Of a stretch of DNA of 64,000 nt, positions 8,576 through 16,508 are shown in pieces. The notes below the pieces were generated by a model. It was not told where the DNA came from and made no database searches. It was given only the letters and a program-made list of their open reading frames with translations. Origin of the DNA: an uncultured virus (IMG/VR IMGVR_UViG_3300027971_000053) (lineage: Duplodnaviria; Heunggongvirae; Uroviricota; Caudoviricetes). Each line of letters begins with the position of its first letter. Position 1 is the first letter of the stretch. Location: the IMG/VR virus record IMGVR_UViG_3300027971_000053, one strand, 5' to 3'. Position numbers and translations under genes: made by a program.

Positions 8576-8754
8576 TGGCTACTAAAAATTGGATTCAAAA
8601 AGCTATTAAGAAACCCGGTGCTCTACACAAAGATTTAGGTGTGCCTGCTGGCAAAAAGATTCCGTCAGCAAAATTAGCTGCAGCTGCAAAGAAACCCGGC
8701 AAGGTGGGTAAGCGAGCTAGGCTGGCGGAAACCCTAAAAGGGTTTAAAAAATAA
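8575..8754 (+). CDS. Small basic protein (59 aa, not in ORF track)
   Basis: MATKNWIQKAIKKPGALHKDLGVPAGKKIP...RARLAETLKGFKK; TAATG coupling at both ends. Confidence 0.75.
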   Translation: MATKNWIQKAIKKPGALHKDLGVPAGKKIPSAKLAAAAKKPGKVGKRARLAETLKGFKK

Positions 8755-9704
8755 TGGCTGTTAGCGGAATATCGGACTTTAACCTAGATCTCACAGAGAT
8801 TATTGAAGAGGCGTTTGAGCGTTGTGGCTCAGAGTCTCGTACGGGTTATGACATAAAAACCGCACGCCGTTCGCTTAATTTGTTGTTTGCGGATTGGGCT
8901 AATCGTGGCGTTAACATGTGGACGTTTGAAGAGGGGCAGATACCGCTAATTCAAGGCGTGACTACCTATGCCCTACCTAACGACACAGTTGACCTCCTAG
9001 AGCACGTAATCCGTACAAACGCAAACGTACAGAACACACAGGCAGACTTAACAATTACACGTATTAGCGTTTCTACATACGCTACACTCCCCAACAAATT
9101 GCAGCAGGCTCGTCCTATTCAGGTCTGGATACAGCGTTTAGATAGCGCAGTATACGTAGTAGCCTCTACTGTAACGGCAACTGTTTCGGCTAATGCTACA
9201 ACTATTTATCTTAGCAACGTCACGGCTCTTCCAGCGGCGGGCTTTATCCAGCTAGGTAGCGAAGTTATTAGTTATGGGGCTACTGCACAAACAAACCCTA
9301 ATTCTCCAGCTGGTTCGCTGATTAACTGCGGTCGTGGTCAACAAAACACTTATGCGGCAACTCATGCTATTGGCGATGTGGTTACGAAACTACAACCCCC
9401 CTCGGTGACCGTATGGCCTACCCCTGATCAAGGAACAGCAGCTGAGCCGTACTACACGTTTGTGTACTGGAGATTACGTCGCATTAATAACGCTGGTGAA
9501 GGTGTAAACACGTTTGATGTGCCGTTCCGCTTCTTGCCTTGCTTAGTAGCTGGTTTGGCTTATTACATGGCACTAAAGATTCCGGGAGCTGATGCTCGCT
9601 TGCCAGTACTAAAACAACAGTACGATGAGGCTTGGAATAGCGCAGCTAACGAAGACCAAGATAAAGCCTCAGTTCGATTTGTGCCCCGTCGCATGTTCAT
9701 TTAA
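8754..9704 (+). CDS. Putative head-tail adaptor/tail tubular protein
   Basis: EIIEEAFERCG...ARRSLNLL...VWPTPD...FLPCLVAGLAYY pattern; position after head genes. Confidence 0.6.
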   Translation: MAVSGISDFNLDLTEIIEEAFERCGSESRTGYDIKTARRSLNLLFADWANRGVNMWTFEEGQIPLIQGVTTYALPNDTVDLLEHVIRTNANVQNTQADLTITRISVSTYATLPNKLQQARPIQVWIQRLDSAVYVVASTVTATVSANATTIYLSNVTALPAAGFIQLGSEVISYGATAQTNPNSPAGSLINCGRGQQNTYAATHAIGDVVTKLQPPSVTVWPTPDQGTAAEPYYTFVYWRLRRINNAGEGVNTFDVPFRFLPCLVAGLAYYMALKIPGADARLPVLKQQYDEAWNSAANEDQDKASVRFVPRRMFI

Positions 9705-9713
9705 GGACATGTT

Positions 9714-10142
9714 ATGGCTAATAAGTTCTCTTCTGGCAAATTTGCGATTTCACAGTGCGATCGCTGTGGATTTAGGTTTAAGTTAAAGGTTTTAAAGTCA
9801 GAGATTATTAAAACCAAGAAGTATGATTTACTGGTTTGCCCTACTTGTTGGGACCCAGATCAGCCGCAGTTGCAGTTAGGTATGTACCCAGTTGATGATC
9901 CGCAAGCAGTACGCAACCCAAGACCGGATAATACATACTACCAAGCGGGATATACAGGTTTGCAACTAAACCAGAATGCAGGGGCTACTGTTCAAGGTAA
10001 CGGTGATCCTACAGGCGGTAGTAGGGTGTTTCAGTGGGGGTGGGCCCCGGTTGGTGGTGCTAGTCAATTTGACAGCGTTTTAACACCAAATTACTTGATT
10101 GCAGTAGGACAAGTAGGTACAGTAACAGTATCTACAACATAG
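9714..10142 (+). CDS. Cys-motif (Zn-binding) morphogenesis protein
   Basis: CDRCGF...VCPTCWD...DPQAVRNPRPD. Confidence 0.65.
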   Translation: MANKFSSGKFAISQCDRCGFRFKLKVLKSEIIKTKKYDLLVCPTCWDPDQPQLQLGMYPVDDPQAVRNPRPDNTYYQAGYTGLQLNQNAGATVQGNGDPTGGSRVFQWGWAPVGGASQFDSVLTPNYLIAVGQVGTVTVSTT

Positions 10143-10151
10143 GAGAAAAGT

Positions 10152-10361
10152 ATGACATTTAAATCAGGCGCAGACGGAATTACCAAACAAGGTAAAACCA
10201 AAGGCAAAAATCTAGGTGACTCAGGTCCAAACATTGGCTTGCAAAAAGGCGGTAAGAAAAGCTCGGGCGTAACTAATGAGTCATTAAAATCAATGGGTCG
10301 TAACATGGCTCGTGTGGCTAACCAAGGCACTATGAAAAAATCTGCCGGAAGAGGACGTTAA
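10152..10361 (+). CDS. Small basic protein, ADG-GKTKG family
   Basis: AGGAG RBS; GADGITKQGKTKG. Confidence 0.65.
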   Translation: MTFKSGADGITKQGKTKGKNLGDSGPNIGLQKGGKKSSGVTNESLKSMGRNMARVANQGTMKKSAGRGR

Positions 10362-10362
10362 T

Positions 10363-10587
10363 ATGGCTATCGAAAACAAACCAGCAAGCGTATACGCTAA
10401 GAACGGCACTTCTGTTGCTAATGGCGAAAGCGCTGTTGTTGATAAAGGCAACAAGATGGATTCATTGCGGATTGCCGTTGGCAGTATTAGTAAAGGTAAC
10501 GATCGTCCAACTAAAACAGATGGCATTAAGATTCGTGGAACTGGCGCTGCTACTAAGGGCGTTATGGCTAGAGGCCCAATGGCGTGA
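10363..10587 (+). CDS. Small basic protein
   Basis: C-terminal GIKIRGTGAATKG...RGPMA. Confidence 0.65.
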   Translation: MAIENKPASVYAKNGTSVANGESAVVDKGNKMDSLRIAVGSISKGNDRPTKTDGIKIRGTGAATKGVMARGPMA

Positions 10588-11519
10588 GTCTTAATTACCT
10601 GCAACTTTATCAAGCGATTCAGGATTACTCTGAAAATACAGAGTCGTCGTTTGTAACCAATATTCCCCGCTTTGTTCAAGAAGCTGAGGATAGGATTTAC
10701 AATTCGGTTCAAATTCCATCGCTTCGTAAAAATGTAACAGGTACGCTAACAGCATCAAACCCTTATTTGTCAACGCCAAATGACTATCTTTCTACTTTTT
10801 CTTTGGCGGTAATAAGGGCAAATAATTCGTACGAATATCTTTTAAACAAAGATGTCAACTTTATTAGAGCAGCGTATCCTACCCCAACAAGCACAGGCGA
10901 ACCCCGCTACTATGCGCTTTTTGGTAATCAGTACTCTGTTCCTAATGAGTTGTCGTTTATTGTTGGACCTACCCCTGATGCCAGCTATAACGTAGAGCTG
11001 CATTACTATTACTACCCTGTATCTATTGTTCAAGGCGTAATTGCTACTCTAGCCACCACCTCTCTAGTAGGCGGTATTAACTACACTAATGGGGTTTACC
11101 CTAATGTGGCTTTAACTGGCGGCACTGGAAACGGGGCGATTGCAAGTATTGTTGTTTCTGGCAATGCGGTTACAAGCGTTACCATCAAAAACGGTGGCAG
11201 CTTTTACGTTGCGGGAGATATTCTTAGCGCAGCGGCGTCAAGTTTAGGTACGGCGGGTACAGGTTCTGGCTTTACTATCCCTGTAGCATCTATTAATAAC
11301 GCTAGCGGCACATCATGGTTAGGTGATAACTATGACCCAGTCTTGTTTTATGGTGCAATGCGGGAAGCAATGCTCTTTATGAAGGGCGAACAAGATTTAA
11401 TAAAGTACTACGAAGAGAAGTACATGGAAGCGCTACAACAGCTCAATCGCCTTGGAACTGGTCTTGAGCGTGGTGATGCGTACCGTGACGGGCAAGCTAA
11501 GATTAAGGTTAATCCATAA
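10584..11519 (+). CDS. Putative adaptor/connector protein with inserted beta domain
   Basis: LYQAIQDY...FVQEAEDRI...GPTPD...YYYYP, Gly/Thr-rich insert, WLGDN...LFYG tail. Confidence 0.6.
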   Translation: MSLNYLQLYQAIQDYSENTESSFVTNIPRFVQEAEDRIYNSVQIPSLRKNVTGTLTASNPYLSTPNDYLSTFSLAVIRANNSYEYLLNKDVNFIRAAYPTPTSTGEPRYYALFGNQYSVPNELSFIVGPTPDASYNVELHYYYYPVSIVQGVIATLATTSLVGGINYTNGVYPNVALTGGTGNGAIASIVVSGNAVTSVTIKNGGSFYVAGDILSAAASSLGTAGTGSGFTIPVASINNASGTSWLGDNYDPVLFYGAMREAMLFMKGEQDLIKYYEEKYMEALQQLNRLGTGLERGDAYRDGQAKIKVNP

Positions 11520-11947
11520 TGGCTATTCAGCAAGGGCTTTGCACTGTCTTTAAAAAGAACTGCTTGAGCGGTTTAGAGAACTTTGCTGTTGGTACACCCT
11601 ATGTCTATAAGATAGCGTTGTACACGTCGTTTGCCACTATTGGACCGAATACCTTGGCTTATACGGCAGATAACGAAGTTTCAGGGACAGGCTACACCGC
11701 TACCGGCAAAACGTTAACTGTTATACCACCCGTATCGGACGACCAAACGCTAACAGCATATGTGTCTTTTGCTAATGTAACTTGGAATCCAGCATCCTTT
11801 ACTGCTAGGGGTGCTTTAATTTACAATAGTACAACCGGTGCGGCAGTTGCAGTACTAGACTTTGGCAGCGATAAAGCAGCATCAAACAGTTTTACAGTAA
11901 CTTTCCCAACGGCGAACGCAACAAACGCCATTATTCGTTTTAGTTAA
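11519..11947 (+). CDS. Putative tail structural protein
   Basis: YKIALYTS...NEVSGTGY...TARGALIYN...VLDFGSDK. Confidence 0.65.
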   Translation: MAIQQGLCTVFKKNCLSGLENFAVGTPYVYKIALYTSFATIGPNTLAYTADNEVSGTGYTATGKTLTVIPPVSDDQTLTAYVSFANVTWNPASFTARGALIYNSTTGAAVAVLDFGSDKAASNSFTVTFPTANATNAIIRFS

Positions 11948-11956
11948 GGAGTATTT

Positions 11957-12535
11957 ATGAGCAATGAAAAAACAAAATTTGGTGATAGTTGCGACGCAAC
12001 CGTTACTCGTGGCGCTGGTCAAACCGAGATTCTTGGTTTAGAAGGCATTTATACAGCTGATTGCTATGACGCTCAAGGCAACTTGAAGTGGTCTGATACT
12101 TTCAAAAACCTGACAACTAACGTTGGTCGTGCAAACTTGATGAACTCATACTTTGCTAACACTGGCGGTGGTGCTATTGTTATGGGCTTAAAAGGTACAG
12201 GTACAGCGGCTTACGCAGACACACAAGCAAGTCACGCTACATGGTTAGAAGTCGGTGCTGCTAATGCTCCTACATATTCTGGTACACGTAAGACTCCAGC
12301 GTTTAGTGCAGCTACAACAGCTAACCCATCAGTTTTATCAACAAGCGCTGCGGTTACGTTTAGCATGACTAGTTCTGGTACTGTTGCCGGTGCGTTTATT
12401 AACGTTGGTGGTACATCTGCAATTGATAACACTACAGGCGTTTTATTTAGTGCTGGCGACTTTACTGCTGGTTCAAAGACAGTTGCTTCTGGTGACACAA
12501 TTAACGTTAGCTATACCTTATCAGCAGCTGGCTAA
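11957..12535 (+). CDS. Putative tail structural protein
   Basis: AAGGAG RBS; W...NLTTNVG...GDTINVSYT. Confidence 0.6.
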   Translation: MSNEKTKFGDSCDATVTRGAGQTEILGLEGIYTADCYDAQGNLKWSDTFKNLTTNVGRANLMNSYFANTGGGAIVMGLKGTGTAAYADTQASHATWLEVGAANAPTYSGTRKTPAFSAATTANPSVLSTSAAVTFSMTSSGTVAGAFINVGGTSAIDNTTGVLFSAGDFTAGSKTVASGDTINVSYTLSAAG

Positions 12536-12547
12536 TAGGAGCCTAAT

Positions 12548-13609
12548 ATGGCATTAATACTAGCGGATCGCGTCCAACAGAACGGGACGGCAAATACCAC
12601 AGTTAGCTTTACTTTAACGAGTACGGCTACTGGGTATCAGTCGTTTGCGGCTGTTGGAAACGGGAACACAACTTACTATAGCGCTTTTGATGCCACTGGT
12701 AATTGGGAAGTAGGTATTGGTACCTATTCAACAACAGGCCCTACGTTAACTCGCACAACCATTTTATCTTCTAGTAACTCTGGAAGCGCAGTTACTTTCT
12801 CTGGTGCAGTAACAGTATTTATTACATATCCATCAGGAAAGTCTATTAATTTAGACGCTGCTGGTAATGTTAATGCTCTTGGTACAGTTACTTCCGCTAC
12901 GTTAACTAATGCTACTGGACTACCGCTTACTACTGGTGTTACAGGTACGCTGCCTGTTGCTAATGGCGGTACAGGATTAACAACGGTTACTACTGGGTAT
13001 GTTCCTTACGGCAACGGCACTTCAGCTCTTAGCACTTCTTCTGCACTGGCTTATAACGGAGCAAATTTAACATCGCCAGCGTATGTAGCTACACAGTCTA
13101 TTAGTCCAAGCGCTTCTTCTGGGGCGTATGCTATTGGGTCTTTACTTTATTCCGACACAAACATAGCTGCTTCTTACGCAACAAATGCAAATAGTTACAC
13201 TCAAGTAATTATAGAAAACAAAAACTCGGGTACAGCAGCTTCAGCCGACTTTATTGTAAGTAATAACCTAGGTACAGCAACAACGTACTATGGTGACTAT
13301 GGAATGAACAGTTCCAATTTTACTGGTACAAGTAATTTAAATGCGCCAAACACTGTTTATCTGTACTCCGTTAATACAAAACTAGCTATTGGTACAACAT
13401 CGTCAAACCCAATTCATATTGTAACTAATAGCAATGCAACTGACGCTATGACAATTGACCCAACTAATGCTATTGCGTTTAATGGCTCTTATGGTTCGTC
13501 TGGGCAAGTTTTAACATCGGCTGGCTCAAGTGCTCCTCCAACTTGGTCTACCCCAAGCGGTACTACTAAAGCGGCAGCAATAGCTTACGCAATGACACTC
13601 GGCTTTTAG
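12548..13609 (+). CDS. Tail fibre-like protein
   Basis: MALILADRV...WEVGIGTY...TLTRTTILSSSN anchor; TLPVANGGTG; GQVLTSAG. Confidence 0.7.
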   Translation: MALILADRVQQNGTANTTVSFTLTSTATGYQSFAAVGNGNTTYYSAFDATGNWEVGIGTYSTTGPTLTRTTILSSSNSGSAVTFSGAVTVFITYPSGKSINLDAAGNVNALGTVTSATLTNATGLPLTTGVTGTLPVANGGTGLTTVTTGYVPYGNGTSALSTSSALAYNGANLTSPAYVATQSISPSASSGAYAIGSLLYSDTNIAASYATNANSYTQVIIENKNSGTAASADFIVSNNLGTATTYYGDYGMNSSNFTGTSNLNAPNTVYLYSVNTKLAIGTTSSNPIHIVTNSNATDAMTIDPTNAIAFNGSYGSSGQVLTSAGSSAPPTWSTPSGTTKAAAIAYAMTLGF

Positions 13610-13620
13610 GAAAATTAAAA

Positions 13621-14025
13621 ATGGCAAATCCAAATATTGCAGCACTAACTACTATATATGGCAACACTGCTTATGTAGCACCATCTACAACTAGCGCAAC
13701 AACTACTTGGACATATAACGGTTCAACGGCACTGACTGGTTTAACCCCAGCTGCGGGTACTGTTAATAAAATTACTGGGTTAGTTGTGTCAAACACAACC
13801 GCTTCTGCGGCTTACGCTACAGTTGGTGTAGGTAATAACGCTACGTTTGGTTCTGCAACATTGGTTGGGTACTTAGCCTATCAGATCTCTGTCCCTGCTA
13901 ACGCAACATTAATTATTACCGATAAGACTACAGACGTTTACATTACTGAAAACCAATCGGTTGGTGTTACATCCGGTACGGCAAGCGCTTTAACATTTAC
14001 CGCTACATTTGAAGCAATAACTTAA
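13621..14025 (+). CDS. Putative tail-fibre-associated protein
   Basis: MANPNI...ISVPANATLII; lies in fibre cluster. Confidence 0.6.
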   Translation: MANPNIAALTTIYGNTAYVAPSTTSATTTWTYNGSTALTGLTPAAGTVNKITGLVVSNTTASAAYATVGVGNNATFGSATLVGYLAYQISVPANATLIITDKTTDVYITENQSVGVTSGTASALTFTATFEAIT

Positions 14026-14034
14026 GGACACACA

Positions 14035-14946
14035 ATGTCCCAGCGTTACCTTGGCGGTTTTATATCGGCTTCATATAATGCCCTAAATGCAACCTTTCCG
14101 CCTATTTTGGTGGACTACTTAGTAGTTGCTGGTGGTGGTGGTGGACCTTCTGCTTATGGCGGTGGCGGCGGTGCGGGAGGATTGCTTTCTGGGTCTATAA
14201 CAAATCCATCTGGTGTGTATACGATTACAGTCGGTGGTGGGGGTACGGGTGGAGCTGTAGGGCAACAAAGCATTGGAACTTCAGGAGAAAACTCGGTTCT
14301 GTCTGGAACAGGATTAACTACTGTTACTGCTGTTGGTGGTGGTTTTGGTGGTACTGGCGGTCAAAGTGGTGGTACTGGAACTGGCGCTGGCGGTAATGGT
14401 GGCTCAGGCGGTGGAGCAACAGTTTACAACAATACTGTTGGTACAGGAACTTCTGGGCAAGGAAACAATGGCGGTACTGGTGCTACTAGCGGTTCTTATG
14501 GCGGTGGCGGTGGTGGTGGAGCTGGAGGTACAGGTGCAAATGCAACAATAGTTAATAGTGGTAATGGTGGCGTAGGCGTTCAATCATCTATAACAGGAAC
14601 TGCAACCTATTATGCTGGCGGTGGTGGTGGTGGTGTTTATTATGGTGGTGGGCCATACACAACTGGAACTGGCGGTCTAGGTGGTGGTGGTAATTCAGGT
14701 GCATATAACGTACCAACTGGGTCTGCTGGTAGTGCAGGGACTGCAAATACAGGTGGCGGTGGCGGTGCGGCAATGAGAGGAACCGACTATGCAGAATATT
14801 ACAAAGCTGGTGGTAATGGTGGTTCTGGTGTAGTTATAATCTCATCCACTATAGCAGCAACATCCACAACAGGCTCTCCAGTCGTAACAACATCAGGCGG
14901 TAGAACAATCTACCAATTTAACTCTTCTGGATCTATTACTTTCTAA
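14035..14946 (+). CDS. Glycine-rich fibre/receptor-binding protein
   Basis: DYLVVAGGGGG, YYAGGGGG, GGSGVVII. Confidence 0.75.
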   Translation: MSQRYLGGFISASYNALNATFPPILVDYLVVAGGGGGPSAYGGGGGAGGLLSGSITNPSGVYTITVGGGGTGGAVGQQSIGTSGENSVLSGTGLTTVTAVGGGFGGTGGQSGGTGTGAGGNGGSGGGATVYNNTVGTGTSGQGNNGGTGATSGSYGGGGGGGAGGTGANATIVNSGNGGVGVQSSITGTATYYAGGGGGGVYYGGGPYTTGTGGLGGGGNSGAYNVPTGSAGSAGTANTGGGGGAAMRGTDYAEYYKAGGNGGSGVVIISSTIAATSTTGSPVVTTSGGRTIYQFNSSGSITF

Positions 14947-14948
14947 TT

Positions 14949-15821
14949 ATGGCTGTCTCAGGATCATTCACACTACAACAACAGATGCAAGCTAAGGCTG
15001 CAGGAACTTGGCCCTCTGCAAGCCCATATATGAATGCGTCTGCAACTGGTGCAACTGTAACTACTAGCGGTGATTACTATATTGCAGTATTTACTGGTTC
15101 TGGTTCTTTTACTGTTAATGAAGTTGGTAACGATACAACTTACGGCTCTAAAGTTGAATATTTAGTTGTTGCTGGTGGTGGTTCTGGTTCTGGATCAACT
15201 AGCGCCCCAGGTGGTGGTGGAGCTGGAGGAATGAAAACCGCTACTGGATTAACGGTTACAGCTACTGCATACACAGTTACAGTTGGCGCAGGGGGTGCAT
15301 CAGTTACAAACGTAATTGGACTTTCTGGAAACGACTCATCAATTGGTTCGTTAGTTTCTTGTACTGGTGGCGGTTATGGCGCAAGGGCAAGTTCTACTGG
15401 TGGCGATGGTGGGTCTGGTGGTGGTGGTGGCTCTAATACAAATGGTGGAACAGGAATTTCTGGTCAAGGAAAAAATGGGGGACGAGGAATAAGCTATAAG
15501 GATTCTGCTGGTGGAGGTGGCGGTGGAGCTGGTACTGCTGGTACGCAAGCATACAATAGCGGATATGTTGGTGGTGATGGAGGAAACGGATTAGCATCTT
15601 CAATTACTGGAACATCCGTTTATTATGCGGGTGGTGGTGGTGGATCTGGCTATACTGGTACGGGTGCTGGAGGACTAGGTGGTGGTGGAAACGGAAACGC
15701 ATTTTCCCCAACTAGCGGAGCAGCGAATAAAGGTGCTGGTGGCGGTGGAACAAAATCTTCTAGTACCGCTAGTGGTGCTGGTGGTTCAGGTATTGTTGTA
15801 ATTAAATGGAAGTTTCAATAA
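14949..15821 (+). CDS. Glycine-rich fibre/receptor-binding protein (paralogue)
   Basis: EYLVVAGGGSG, YYAGGGGG, GGSGIVVI. Confidence 0.75.
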   Translation: MAVSGSFTLQQQMQAKAAGTWPSASPYMNASATGATVTTSGDYYIAVFTGSGSFTVNEVGNDTTYGSKVEYLVVAGGGSGSGSTSAPGGGGAGGMKTATGLTVTATAYTVTVGAGGASVTNVIGLSGNDSSIGSLVSCTGGGYGARASSTGGDGGSGGGGGSNTNGGTGISGQGKNGGRGISYKDSAGGGGGGAGTAGTQAYNSGYVGGDGGNGLASSITGTSVYYAGGGGGSGYTGTGAGGLGGGGNGNAFSPTSGAANKGAGGGGTKSSSTASGAGGSGIVVIKWKFQ

Positions 15822-16156
15822 TGGCTTATTTTGCAGAATTGGACTTAAACAATATTGTTATACGGGTTTTGTCCGTAGATAATGCTATGCTAAAGAACGA
15901 GCAGGGTAACGAACAAGAGCAACTTGGTATTGACTTCTTAAAATCTTTGTTTGGCGCTAATACCGTTTGGAAACAGACAAGCTATAACGGGAACCTAAGA
16001 AAAAACTATGCTGGCATAGGACATACATATGATCACAACCGTGATGCTTTTGTAGCGCCAAAACCAGATGGCGATGGTTGGATTTTTGAAGAAGATAAGT
16101 GCATTTGGCGTAATCCCGCACAAGAAGCCACAAAGATTGGAGTAACTCGTGTCTAA
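15821..16156 (+). CDS. Fibre-associated hypothetical protein
   Basis: MAYFAEL...WKQTSYN...RKNYAGIG...DAFVAPKP; TAATG coupling. Confidence 0.7.
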   Translation: MAYFAELDLNNIVIRVLSVDNAMLKNEQGNEQEQLGIDFLKSLFGANTVWKQTSYNGNLRKNYAGIGHTYDHNRDAFVAPKPDGDGWIFEEDKCIWRNPAQEATKIGVTRV

Positions 16157-16508
16157 CCCAACAACAGATTTAAAAATTGTAGATAACGTATTTGTTAAGC
16201 TACATTACTTTATGGCATCTGGTGATACACACGAAGGTCATTCTCATGCTTTTGACCACATTACTTTATTGGCTTATGGTTCTGTTAAAATGGTGCACGA
16301 TAAAGGTGAGGCAGAATACAAAGCTCCACATCTTATTGTTACCCCAAAAGGGGTTACGCATCAATTTACGGCTTTAGAACCCAATACAGTGTTTTGCTGT
16401 ATTCATGCAATTCGTGATGGTGATGGTGTAGATGACGTGGCTTCTCAGGATATTACCCCAGAGCAAGCTTTTGATTTAATGACTAAATACTCTCTTACGG
16501 CAACTTAA
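16149..16508 (+). CDS. Cupin-fold protein
   Basis: GHSHAFDHITLLAYGSV...PKGVTHQFTALE two-motif cupin pattern. Confidence 0.7.
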   Translation: MSNPTTDLKIVDNVFVKLHYFMASGDTHEGHSHAFDHITLLAYGSVKMVHDKGEAEYKAPHLIVTPKGVTHQFTALEPNTVFCCIHAIRDGDGVDDVASQDITPEQAFDLMTKYSLTAT

